The position numbers were made by a program, and so were the translations under genes. Positions 11,301 to 23,722 of a stretch of 64,000 nt of DNA are shown piece after piece. Origin of the DNA: Selaginella moellendorffii (lineage: Eukaryota > Plantae > Lycopodiophyta); contig NW_003314273.1 of NCBI RefSeq assembly GCF_000143415.4, forward strand, positions 1,312,074 through 1,376,073, read 5' to 3'. The stretch's first letter is position 1, and the number at the start of each line of letters is the position of its first letter. The notes below the pieces were generated by a model. That model had not been told where the DNA came from. It searched no databases and saw nothing but the letters and a program-made list of their open reading frames with translations.

Positions 11301-13175
11301 AGTGTTTTGCCATCAGGATTGAAACAAACCCAATACCATGTAGATGTGTGTTTTTTGTGTGCGGAATGCTCTGTTGACTTCATTGCTTTGGTATGATTAT
11401 GTACATAACAGTATGGGTGTGACTCTTAGCGGTTGGTGTCTTGGATGAATGACTTAGTCCTCTTTGCTGACGTGGAAACTTGTCATCACTTGTCTCCACA
11501 GAATGTCGTTATGAATGTAGCCAGTATACTACTGCACAAAGGTCTGGTGTTCCTGGGCCTTCATATAACCAAAACGCTTGAAAGGATTTGGAGTCCAACT
11601 TTCTGGCGAGCTTCATTGTGTGTGTCCGGTGCTTCAATAGACATTGCAACCTGTTCCATGCAAGACTTTTCTTGACTCCTCTTTCTCTTGGATCTGCTTC
11701 GTCCGCAAATGTGGCCTTGTTTATCTTCTTCCACACACCAAGTGCCCAAGCATGCATCATATTTATCGTGCAGTCCTGTAATATATCAAATCTCTGCACT
11801 TCTGCCTAAGGTGATAGTCTTGAGTGTCCCTTCAGCCAGAAACTTTGGTCGCCACCATTTTGCAGCCCAGCATACAATTCTTCCATTGATCTCTTCTTGT
11901 GGGGGAAATGAATATTTTTACGTACATCTACAAACATACCTCTTGACAAAGTTGTGTTCACTTTGCAATGACAACAGGGCTGATGGCCTCCTGCACATTC
12001 ATTTGTTAGCAAGCGGAAGCAGGAGTTTATAGAAAATCACCTCGTGAAGTATTTGCTAGCTCGCATTGCGCTACATGGTCCGCTGAAACAGCCATCACAA
12101 GTCCCTGAAGCACAGGCTTGGAGTCTGCTACAACACCAATAAGTTCTTCCCTGGCTGGCCAATCTACTTCTATCCCGGCCAGAAACAGTATCTTGAGCTG
12201 TTGTACGATGATCTCTACAAAGATGTCGAAGGTTTCCCCCACTCCTATTCCAAGAAATTAAACATCATCGGGAGCACCATGTTCCCGCATTCTTCGCTAG
12301 TGTCTTTTTCTCCGTTCAAAGCTACGAGGCTATCAGCTTGAACACTCCATTGTTGCCTGGAAACCATGCTATGCAGAAGAAAAACGAAGTTCCTTGGAAC
12401 TCCAGCTACACGTATGGGTTTCCAGTCGACATTGGTATTGCAGAACGGACATATCAAGCAGAAGACACCATGAAAGTTTTCAAGCTGCATGTGAGTGTAT
12501 AGAATATAGAAAAGGAATATGCATATTCATCAGCCCAAAAACCCTAAATTATATAGTGGTCCGGACTGCGCGAGTTGAGCTAGGGTTTTGTGGAAGCTGA
12601 ATTATGTACTTGTCATTCCAGAAATAAAAATGCTTATCTTTCCTTCCAACGAGAAGTGCTCAGCCAGCCAACTGCTAATATACTGCCCGCAAGAACAAGT
12701 AGCAGGGAGCGTGAAACTTCTGTCGGGCCTGAAAAAGTTCTGGAACTGACACTATTTACAACCATGCCAAATTTCGTGCAGACAGGCCAGAGCGTCAGCA
12801 AAGCTCTTTCCCAACCATGTCTCTCGTTCTCTCCAAGCCTTCAAGAAATGACTGCACAATGTCTTTGATGCAACTAGTTCTCGAAGACGATCATTTATTG
12901 GAGCTAGCAAGAACTGCACGGCTTCCCATCTGTACTTCTAGCAGATTGGACATATCTCACTGTTTGTAAGCACAGGATCATCTGCAACTGCTGGAAAAAT
13001 ATGTGGTTTATCAGCCCCAGGATGCATACAAACAGTTCACCTTCAAAACAACGACCACAATTCAGCACCAGCATCCAATCACAAAGAACTTCAACTCAAT
13101 TACCTCGCTAGATCTGGAAATCCCATATCCTTCAAGAAACGCTTCGTTGTCTTGCTGCTTGTAGGAATCTTCATG
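5350..13175 (-). pseudogene. Decayed EnSpm/CMC (Tnp2-like) DNA transposase, split by a Copia insertion
   Basis: Fragments in the expected order on the minus strand: IPTSSKTTKRFLKDMG (N-terminal); FDIFVEIIVQQLKILF...LVMAVSADHVAQ; MMHAWALGVWKK; MKAQEHQ; IYRFGHHYVLWCYRFERMSSFLNKFHTNSKEMEVTF; C-terminal LVDGVIYRKGDNIVV. Many stops and frameshifts. TIRs were not identified. Confidence 0.7.
6670..11500 (-). mobile_element. Full-length degenerate Ty1/Copia LTR retrotransposon
   Basis: LTRs at 6670-6830 and 11339-11500 (~161 bp, TG...CA). PPT (reverse complement ctcctcctcaa) at 6831-6841. Domain order: gag (CNYCGKMGHVKREC), protease (WLDSGASFHM), integrase (LVHSDV, TDGGGEY, TPQQN), RT (QLDVRTAFL, LHKALYGLK), RNase H (GFTDADWAG). 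Flanks GAAGG and GAATG match at 4/5 as a TSD. Confidence 0.95.
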
Positions 13176-13195
13176 GTACTTACATTTTGGTCGCA

Positions 13196-13330
13196 GCTGA
13201 CGTGGTGGGACACGCTGATGTGGTGAGATGTGTTGACTTGGTAGGACGTGCTGATGTGGTGGAACCCATTGCCGTGGTGAGACACACTGATGTGGCAGGA
13301 GATGCTGACATGGCAGGACGTGACTGATGA
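13196..13330. repeat. Degenerate 18-bp tandem repeat (consensus approx. CTGACGTGGTGGGACACG) at the 5' end of the transposase
   Basis: About 7 copies with ctga(c/t)gtgg cores at 18-nt spacing. It yields the His/Ser 6-aa periodic ORF 13100-13384. Confidence 0.75.
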
Positions 13331-15415
13331 AGGAGAAATCATCCCAGCGGAATGAGATGCCAAAGCCAACCGGTGAACCAACAAATCTCGCTAAGTACCA
13401 GGAGGTAGAGTATCCTACCTAACAGACGAATCTACAACCCGACAATCATCCACCTAGTAGGCGAATTGTCTTGACAGGGCAAATTATCCTACCACCGGGA
13501 GCAGACTTGAACACAGAACCGATTACTGAGGCGGTTAGAGGAGCGATTACCACCAGCAGTTGCCAACGGTTAACAAATACGAAGAACCCAAAATAGGCGG
13601 ACCAAGGACAAAGCGGTTACCACTCGGCAGTATAAATAGGATAGACGAACAGGAAAACGGATCCCCATCCCACTCACTTGTACTCGCGCTGTACTGTGCT
13701 TTTCTGATATTCAATTGAGCTGTGAGATTGCTTCCTACACTGTGTCCGGGGATCAACATTGTGTCATGCATTCTTCTTTCTCTCTTCTTTATTCTACTTC
13801 TTTACTTCTCAAGCCGACCCTCTGTTTGTCATGTTTGTAGAGGGTTTCATCTCTAGCTGGTGACCAAGGCATTTCTGTTCATCTCACTATTCTTGTACCC
13901 CATCTCGTCTGTTTTCCCCTACCCACTATTCATCCATCCCTTTCTTACCATCCTGTATTTTCTTAATCTTCCTGTCAGTGACATCACTCCTTTCTGTGCC
14001 TCCGGTGAATAGGAATTTATTTTGGTCATCACGTGGCAACCACAGTGGGATGGTTTTCATAGAATCTACGATTGCTTGAGAGTTCATTCCCTATTTCTTC
14101 TCATTTTTTGTTCTTTCCAGAATTTCCCCTATTTTTCCTATTCTACTGAGTTTTTCAATCATTTTCTTGATAGTTGTAAAAAATCCCCTAAACCAGTGTG
14201 AGATTAGTTGATCAGCAGAGTAGAGAGTACTGCTCAACGGAGTGATAAGGATTATAGGACTACCCCATCAGACGAATTTTTATTGTGGAAAATGGCATTC
14301 TTATGGGATGAAGGAGTTCTGCAGACGGCTGGAGGATTACCTTGGGAGGAAACCAAGAGGACAAGAGTGGAATGGAAGATTGTTCTTGTGCAACAACTGT
14401 GCCAAAGGAATAGCCACCTCTGCAAACTTATGCTGGAAATGTTGGTAGTAACTAGCCATTCCAAGGAAATTGCATAACTCGACCATTGTAGTTGGTGTAA
14501 GCTAGTTCTCCACCACAGCCACCTTCCTTGGATCCATCTTGACACCCTTACATGTCACAATATGGCCTAAATATTCCACCTCTAACATTGGAAATTCACA
14601 TTTGCTTTTCTTCACATAAAGTTTGCAGTCACGAAGTAACGAAAGAACCTTGCACAAATGCACCTTATGCTCCTCCATATTCTTGCTGAAAACAAAAATA
14701 TGGTCCAAGAAAATCTCTACAAACTCATGAAGATAACGCCCAAATACCTCCATCATCAACCGAGTAAATGTGGCTGGTGCATTCGCCAAACCAAATGGCA
14801 TAATTGTTGTGTTGAATGTTGTTTTAGAGATAGATGCATCATCCTTTGCAATCTGATGATATTCACTCCTCAGATCAATCTTGGTAAACACTTATGCTTC
14901 ACTAAGCTTGTCTAAGATATCATTCACACGTGGCATTAGCATCTTATCCTTCACTATCTTCTTGTTCAAGGCACGGTAGTCAATACACATTTGCATTGAA
15001 CAATCCTTCTTCTTCATAAGCAAGACCTCCACCTTCACCAACCATGGGATCCCAAGAATGGGATCCATACAATGGATATTTGCGAGATAAAAAGTCTCCA
15101 CAAGTGTGGTTTTGCCAACCAACACTTCTAGCCTCTCTACACAAGCATCGAAATGTTGAGTAAAGGTAGTTGCACCTTCCACTGTGTATGGAAGAACTCT
15201 ATGTGTGACTAGGCCATGCTCCATAACAAACTTTGCCAAAACAAAGTTGTCATCGCTCCCACTATCCAATAAAATCCGCACTGGACCACCACGGAACGTG
15301 CCCTCCAGCATTAAAGCTGATTCACGTGTATCTTCAAGCTTCATCTTGTTCCACACATAGTTGAGTTGACGAGCAACGATTGAAAGCCTCTTCCTCTGAC
15401 TGGAATGGTCGTCCC

Positions 15416-18400
15416 TGTTAGGCGCCAGCTTTGACTACGTGGTCAACATCAGTCAAAGGGAGGCTCAAGGGTATAAGCACCAAACATACACTTACTTGGT
15501 TGCATAAATCCAAACTCAAGTAACTTCTTGATTTATTTTGCTCCTCCGAATAACTTAACTGAAATGGACGCCGGTAAATTGGCTGTGTCTCCGGCTCCAA
15601 CATAATCCCATGCTCCACACCTTGTAATAGAAGCAACCCATGAGGAAGTTCAAATGGAAAAACATCAGAAAACTTGCCGAGTACATTTCGTATTGTTGCT
15701 TCTCCCCCCCACATGCCTTGGTCCCCCACCCCAAGTCATGAACAAATAGCAAGTAACTTGAAAGTGCTTTTCCATTACAACAAACTTGCTTTAAAGATGT
15801 AGCAGAGAGCATTACAACTGGAGGTTGAACTCCCTCTCCAAACAACATATCTTTAACACTACTGTACTCTAGCGAAACATGTTTAATACTCCACTCCCGC
15901 TCGGGGGTGGTTGGGTGGTGAGGAACCTCAAGAGGTGGCGTAGCATAGTCTAGGGCGGCTAGATCTTTGTCTTTTTGCACCGGATCATAACATTGGTATC
16001 AGAGGAGTTGGTTGCGATGGCCGACCAAGCTGAACACTGGAATCCTATTGTCGATGGTGGTGTTGACAATGGTGCTAACGAAGCTACGGAGATTTGGACC
16101 ATTCAAGATGTGGTTCATGAGCTGCGAGCCCTTAACCAAAATCAGCAAGAGATGCAAGACGGGATGCATGGCATGATGGATACCATGTGTGGGCGTGTTG
16201 AGGCACTCGAGGCTGGACGGGGTAGCACTCCAAGTAAGCCTTCTTTGGTAGATCGACTCAAGATTCCAACTTTTTCCGGTGATGGTGGTGTGGACGAGTG
16301 TCTCGCTTGGCTAGCCAATGTGAAGAAGTTCTTGGCTGCTAGGGGAACTCCAGATGCAGAGGCTTTAGTGGCTATTCCGATGGTTTTGTGTGATGCGGGT
16401 TTTCGATGGTGGAATTGGATTGAGGAGTCCCATGTTGCAAATAAAAAACCATCAGTGTCTACCATGGATGAGTTTGAGGCTGCTTTCTGTTTACGTTTTG
16501 CCCCTCATTACGATGTGGAGAATGCTCGTATAGAACTTCGCCATTTTTAGCAAGGGAAAATGACGCTCGGGGATTATATTGAGAAGCTTACTCACTTGAT
16601 TAGTCGTGTTCCAACGAAGGATCCAGATCAGAAAAAGTCCTACTTCATTGATGGCTTACATAGTGAGAGCATGCGACAACACTTGCATCATTCTCAGCCT
16701 ACAAAGAGTTTGGAGGAGCTCTTTGATGCGGCTCGTCGACTTGACAATGACAAGCACAAGTCTCGCAAGCGTTTGCAGAGTCCTTCTGTCGAGAATCGTC
16801 GTGATGATCACTGTGGACACAAGGATGGGAACAAGTATCACAAGTTGAAGTCGGTGGTGACTACCTCGGATGCAAAGGGGTCCAAGAAGCAGAAGTTCTT
16901 TGTGAAGAATTATAGACAGGGTTGTCATCATTGCGGCGAACTTGGACACTACAAGGCTGATTGTCCGCAGTTGAAGAACAAGCAGTAGGACAAGAAGAAT
17001 GGCCAATCTTCTTCTCACAGTAAGTTAGATACTAAAAAATTGCAAACTTTGCAGCGTGAGGATGAGGAGAACGACCATTCCGGTCGGAGGAAGTGACTTT
17101 CGATCGTTGCTCGTTAGCTCAACTGTGTGTGGAACAAGATGGAACTCGAGGATACGCGTGAATTAGCTTTAATGCTGGAGGGCGTGTTCCGTGGTGATCC
17201 AGTGCGGATTTTACTGGATAGTGGGAGCGATGACAACTTTGTTTCGGCAAAGTTTGTTGTGGAGCATGGCTTGGTCACACGCGGAGTTCTTCCATACACA
17301 GTGGAGGGTGTAGCTACCTTTGCTCAGCATTTCGATGCTTGTGTCGAGGGGCTGGAAGTGTTGGTTGGCAAAACCACACTTGTGGAGACTTTTTATCTCG
17401 CGGATATCCATCGTGTGGATCTCATTCTTGGGATGCTATGGTTGGTGAAGGTGGATCTAGAGATAAAGTGGAGCATTAAGTGTATCTTGCTGGAGTATGG
17501 TGGCGTTAAAGATGTGTGGTTTGGTGAGGGCGTTCAACCTCTAGTTGTTATGCTCTTTGCTACATCTTTGAAGCGGGCTTGTCATAATGGAAAAGCACTT
17601 TCAAGTTACTTGCTGTTTGTTCGTGACTTGGGCGACCAAGGCACGTGTGGGGGAGAAGCAGCAGTACGGGATGTACTAAACGAGTTTTCTGATGTTTTTT
17701 CACATGAACTTCCGCATGGGTTGCCTCCATTACGAGGTGTGGAGCATGGGATTACATTGGAGCTGGGGACACGGCCCATTTACCGGTGTCCATTCTGGTT
17801 AAGTTATGCGGAGGATCAAGAAGTTCAACAACAAGTCAAGGAGTTACTTGAGTTTGGATTTATTCAGCCAAGTAAATCTCCGTTTGGTGCTCTGGTCTTG
17901 CTTGTGAAGAAGAAGGATGGTTCAATGCAGATGTGTATTGACTACCATGCTTTAAACAAGAAGACAGTGAAGGACAAGATGCCGATGCCACGTGTGGATG
18001 ATATCCTGGACAAGCTTGGTGAAGCACGAGTGTTTACCAAGATTGATCTGAGGAGTGAATATCATCAGATTGCAATGGATGATGCATCTATCTCCAAGAC
18101 GGCATTCAACACAAGCTTCAGACATTTTGAGTTTACAGTTATGCCGTTTGGTTTGACGAATGCACCCGCCACATTTACTCGGTTGATGATGGAGGTATTT
18201 GGGCGTTATCTTCATGAGTTTGTGGAGATTTTCTTGGACAATACTCGAGACAGCAAACTTTATGCAAAGAAGAGCAAATATGAATTTGCAAAGTCGGAGG
18301 TGGAATATCTATGCCATATTGTGACATCTAAGGGTGTCAAGACGGATCCAAGGAAGGTGGCTGTGGTGGAAAACTGGCCTACACCGACTACAGTGGCCGA

Positions 18401-20563
18401 GTTGTGCAGTTTTCTTGGTATGGCTAGTTACTATCGACGTTTCCAGCATAAGTTTGCAGAGGTGGCTATTCCTTTGACACGGTTGTTACGCAAGAATGTG
18501 CCATTCGAGTGGAAGAAGCCACAAGAGGAGAGTTTGGTGGTGCTGAAACGATTGTTGAGCGAGACTCCAGTGCTTCGCATTGCTGATCCATCGAAACCTT
18601 ACGAGGTGACATGTGATGCGAGTGGTTATGCACTGGGAGGAGTTCTCATGTAAGAGGGACAACCTATTGCATATGAGAGTCGAACTTTGAATTCTGCGGT
18701 GCAACGCTATTCCACATATAAGCAAGAGTTACTCTCTATTGTTCATGCTTTGCGGATGTGGCGGCACTATCTTTATGGTGCAGTGTTCATGGTGTTGATA
18801 GATCACAAACCTGTTGTGTATCTTTTCACATAGAAGGAGTTGAACACTAGGCAAGCTTGTTGGATGGTCAAACTCATGGAGTTTGGGGAGTTTCCTATTG
18901 AGCATCGTCCGGGAAAATCAAATGTGGTGGCAGATGCTTTATCTCGTGTTCGTCATGTGACCACGTTACAAACACAATTTTGTCATCATTTGAGTAAGGT
19001 GGTCAGCGAGTTTGGGCAGTTAGTTGAGCATGCTCAGGCTTAGGATGTTGAGGTGGCCTCTTTGCGAGACCAGATAGAAGCTCCTTTCTCATTGGTGGGT
19101 GGGATTCTCTACTACAATGGCTGTGTATATTTGCCATGGGTGGATGTGTTAATTACTCACGTTTTATTCCACTATCATGATCGTCCAGAGGTTGGTCATT
19201 TTGGGGGGAAGAAGACGTATGAGTTGATTAAGCGCAACTTTTATTAAAGGAATATGAAGGCTGATATCCTCAAGTATTGTAAATCATGCTAGCTTTGTCA
19301 GTGGGTTAAGGTGCCACGGGAGAAGCTGGGGGGACTTTTGCAACCTTTACCTATTCCTCAGAGCCATTGGTGTAGTATCTCTATGGACTTCATTAGTTGT
19401 TTGCCACGAACACAGAGGCAAAAGGAGCAAGTATGGGTCATAGTGGATCGATTGACGAAGTATGTGCAGTTGTTGGCTCTTCGGAAGACTGTCACTGCCT
19501 CAGACTTGGCTGCAGTTTACTTGGAGAAGGTTTTTCCTGATTTTGGTTTGCTAGAGGACATCATTAGTGATCAAGATTCAAAGTTCACCAATGGATTTTG
19601 GAAAAACTTTGCAAAGGCTATGCAAGTGACTTTGAAACTCTCGAGTGGAGATCATCCTCAGATGGATGGGCAAACCGAGCGTGTGAATCAGGTGGTGGAG
19701 GATATGCTACGTTGTAGCATTGGTCAAAGGCAAGGACAGTGGGATTTATATCTTCCGTTGGTGCAATTTGCTTACAACAATAGCCAACACAGTGGAACCA
19801 AGCTAAGTCCTTACTTTGCCATGTTTGGAAGGCATTCTCAAATAGTGGTGGAGTTGGGATTTGCATCCGAGGCAACTGATTTGGCCACAGAACTTGATGA
19901 GATTCTGGTGGTGTGCAAATGGAATTTGCAAGCAGCTCAGGATAGAGCGGAGAAGTTTGCCAATGAGCATTGCCAATTCCGGGAATATAAGGTGGGTGAT
20001 TTCATCTTTGTGCGCGTGATCTTTCCGTCAAGTGAGCGGCGGAACACCTTGGTGCCTTTATGGACAGGGAAGAGTGATAAACTTTCCCATCGATATGCTA
20101 GTCCATATGAAGTGTTGGAGCGCATTGGTAAAGTCGCTTATCGGGTGCGGCTACCAGTTGGGGTGAAAATTCATCCGGTATTTTATGTTAGCCAGTTGAA
20201 GGGTGTACTATTTTGGAGTGACGGGCCCAATGCCTCCTTGATGTATACGGCTGTGGACGATGGATCAGGAGCTTGAGCAGGATTCCCCAGAAAGGGTGAT
20301 CACCGGTACAACTCATTCTTGGGACAAGGACTTTGTTGGGGGGGGAAGAATTGTTAGGCGCCAGCTTTCAAAGGGAGGCTCAAGGGTATATTAAGGCATG
20401 TTAGGGTAAGGGACTTAACCTACCCTAAGGCTCACAATGGAGCGGCGGTGTAGTGGAGCTTTTGAGGTAGCTCGGGGGTGGTTGGGTGGTGAGGAACCTC
20501 AAGAGGTGGCGTAAGATAGTCTAGGGTGGCTAGATCTTTGTCTTCTTGCACCGGATCATAACA
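15416..20563 (+). mobile_element. Near full-length family-1 Ty3/Gypsy element (B)
   Basis: 5' LTR 15416-15992 (interrupted by an inserted pol fragment), PBS tggtatcaga at ~15994, PPT ~20337-20350, 3' LTR 20352-20563. TSD GTCCC at 15411-15415 and 20564-20568. Confidence 0.95.
16017..20276 (+). pseudogene. Single-frame gag-pol polyprotein of element B with premature stops; no chromodomain
   Basis: ORFs at 15975, 16560, 17127, 18840, 19053 and 19311 share one frame. Domains: gag, CHHCGELGHYKADC zinc knuckle, LDSG protease, RT (with an in-frame deletion after FLDN), RNase H (VTCDASGYALGGVL), integrase with GPY/F. Confidence 0.92.
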
Positions 20564-23213
20564 GTCCCTGTCATCCTTATGTTGCAAAGTTTGCAACTTT
20601 TTAGTATTTGATTTACCGTCAATAGAAGATTGGCCATTTTTCTTGCTTTGTTGCTTGTTCTTTAGCTGTGGACAATCAACCTTACAGTGTCCAAGCTTGC
20701 TGCAATAATGATAACCTTGTCTATAATTCTTCACAAAGAACTTCTTCTTTGACCCCTTTGCATTCGAAGTAGTCACCATAGACTTCAACTTGTGGTGCTT
20801 ATTCCCATTCTTGTGTCCACGGTGATCATCACAATGATTATTGAGAGAAAGACTCCTCGAATGCTTGCGAGACTTGTGCTTGTTATTGTCAAGTCAACAA
20901 GCTGCATCAAAGTGCTCCTCCAAACTCTTTGTAGGCTGAGAATGACACAAGTGTTGCCACATGCTCTCATTATGAAGGCCATCAATGAAGTAGGACTTGT
21001 TCTAATCTAGATCCTTCGTTGGAACACGGTTAATCAAGTGAGCAAGCTTCTCAATATAGTCCCCAAGTGTCATTTTCCCTTGCTGAAAATGTCAAATTTC
21101 TGTACGAGCATTGTCCACATCGTAGTCAGGGGCAAAACATAAATAGAAAGCAGTCTCAAACACATCCATGGTAGACACTCATGGTTTTTTATCCATAACA
21201 CAAGACTCCTCAAGCCAATTCCACCACCGCAGACCAACATCACGTAAAATCATTAGAATAGCCACTAAACCCTCTACATCTAGAGTTCTCTAGCAGCCAA
21301 GAACTTCTTCACATTGGCTAGCCAAGCAAGACACTCATCCACACCACCATCACTGGAAAAGATTGGAATGTTGAGTCGATCTACCAAGGAAGGCTTACTT
21401 GGAGCGCTACCACGTCTAGCCTTGAGTGCCTCAACATGCTCACGCATGGTATCCATCATGCCATGCATCTCGTCATGCATCTCTTGCTAATTCTAATTAA
21501 GGGCTCGTAGCTCATGAACAACATCTTGAATAGTCCAAATCTTCGCAACTCCATCGGCACCATCTTCGGCACCACCATAAACAATAGGATTCCAGCGTTC
21601 AGCTTGGTCAGCCATCGCAACCAACTGTTCTGATACCAATGTTATGATCTGGTGCAAAAAGATAAAGATCTAGTCGCCCTAAACTATGCTACGCCACCTC
21701 TTGAAGTTCCTCATCACCCAACCACCTGGTTTCCTCATGATCTTGGACTCAATCTCAGTCTTGGAGTCAGTCTCATACTTGACCTCGAACTCGGTTCCTA
21801 CTTTGTCCATGCAAAGCTACCACAAACCAATTGAATCAATCCATCCCAAAGATTATGTCAAATTTTGCCATGTTCAACATAACAATGACAATGTCCTCAT
21901 TGTCCTCTGATACCAATGTTAAAATCTGGCACTAAAAGACAAAGATTAGTCCCAATATAGTGAAATCCCTTTTTACTTTCCATGTCCCCACTTTGACTCT
22001 TGCTTGTCGAAGTACCTCATTAATGCTTTGGCTACCTTGAACAAACTTTATTGTCCTCGGTTCGCCTAGTTGCTGCACTATTAGTCTGGCTTGCCAGACT
22101 ATATCTGCAACCACAAAATTATCCAAAACACCCGTGTTAATAAAGATCTTAACAAAGTTACCTTTGAACTTCCCTCGGAGGGCTAATAAATGTTGCAAAC
22201 AACTCTCTACCAAAATTGCTCATGTAATGAGTAACTTTGAGCTAGGGACTGAATCACATACCTCAATTTGGTTTTTAACTGACTTAATGGCAATATTGAC
22301 TCTAACCTTTTTCGGGTAGGGACATTCTCTAAAAAAGTGTCATGTTTCACCACAGTTGAAGCATTCATTGTTTCCCACACTAGTAGCCAACTTGACCTTC
22401 TTATTTGTCAATTTGTCCCTTTTTGCCTATGTACTTGCTTGCTAGCCATCGGATTTGCCTTTCTGAAAGCCTGAGAACTCATTTTTAAAGAAACTCTTTT
22501 TGAATTTTCTTTTGCCATATGTCCCCTTTGGTTTGGCTCCTTTGCTGAAAATGGATCTCGGCCCTGTTGTGTTCCCCTTTCGCAGGTTATCATTGAAATG
22601 CACCTTAATAGCCGCATCCAATTCTTCTTTGTAGTTAATTGGGTTCCAACACATCACCTTGCCTCAAGCCCAGGTTTGCAAGTCTGATATGAAGGCATAG
22701 AACACATCCATATCACCCATATCTATGACAAATATCCTTTTTGCTATAAACGCATTCATATACTCTTGAATAGTTCCAGTTTGCTTCAGCCTACTCAACT
22801 CATCCGTTAAGTGTAAAGTGTAAGGAACCAACTCCCTATGGTTGCTATGACTAAGGTCAAAGCTATGACTAAGGCTAGTGGGGGCTTGTTACAAAGCATC
22901 CCAATTACAAATCGTCCATGGAAATGTCTTACGATGGACTTCATCACGGGACTCCCCTCAAGCGAGGGGTTCGATGCAATATTCGTGGTGGTGGACCAAT
23001 TTTCAAAGTTGGCACATTTCATACCCACCACAATGGAAGTGGATGCGGAAGGTGTGGTGAAGCTATTCTTCAAACAAGTGGTTCGAGTGCGGGGAAGGCC
23101 AGGAGAGATTATCTCAGATCGAGACAAGATCTTCACCAGTAGGTTCTGGAGAACTCTCATGGAATAGTATCGCACCAAGTTGAAATTTAGCACAGCCTAT
23201 CACCCACAGACAG

Positions 23214-23260
23214 GTATTGGGTATTAAGTCAAGTTTGACGGCACTAACACTTCTTGACAG
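23214..23260 (+). other. Predicted spliceosomal intron 1 (47 nt) in the integrase catalytic core
   Basis: cac cca cag aca g|GTATTGG...CACTAAC...TTCTTGACAG|ac gga caa aca gaa. Removal restores [17 protein letters not shown] ends and a CTAAC branch point are present. Confidence 0.85.
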
Positions 23261-23670
23261 ACGGACAAACAGAATAGGCAGCTGGAGGATTATTTGTGAT
23301 GCTATGTCTCGGGAGACCAGACATATTGGGTAAGTCATTTGGGACTTGCGGAAATGTGTTATAACAACTCACCACATTCAAGTATCGGGGTGAGTCCATG
23401 GGAAATCATCAATGGGCGAGCTATTGAAGGTCCTATGGAACTTGGCGTGGCCGAGTATCATGAAGAGTTACCTGTAGAGGAGGCATTCACGGTGGAAAGA
23501 CTCAACATTTGGAATCTAGTGAGGGATTCCTTGAAATGGGCTCAACAAAGGTAAACCAAGTACGTGAACCAGAAGTGCCGGGATGTAGAGTTCCAAGCTG
23601 GGGAGAAGGTGTGGCTGAACACCAAGAACCTCAGGCTACCAAGTGGGATCAGCCAAAAGTTGACCCAAAG

Positions 23671-23722
23671 GTAAAAGGACATGTATTCCTGTAAATCAAT
23701 TAATCTTGAGTTCCTTAAGCAG
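23671..23722 (+). other. Predicted spliceosomal intron 2 (52 nt) in the integrase GPY/F module
   Basis: aag ttg acc caa ag|GTAAAAG...TTCCTTAAGCAG|g ttc gca ggg cct tat. Removal restores SQKLTQ-R-FAGPYE. Confidence 0.88.

Larger units (their letters stand above)
14375..21727 (-). mobile_element. Older family-1 Gypsy copy (A), truncated, host of the nested element B
   Basis: Partial 5' LTR 21640-21727, PBS (reverse complement tgatacca) 21631-21638, gag ~21617-20570, protease/RT 15410-14375 (LLDSGSDDNF, FTKIDLRS, MPFGLANAPATF). The gag/protease linker is split by B at the duplicated GTCCC. Confidence 0.88.

Noticed and set aside
4720-13700. Candidate terminal inverted repeats for the EnSpm-like element (cactacag at ~4723; ctgtactgtg at ~13690)
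   Set aside because: The match is too short and imperfect and there is no convincing TSD, so the element ends are left undefined.
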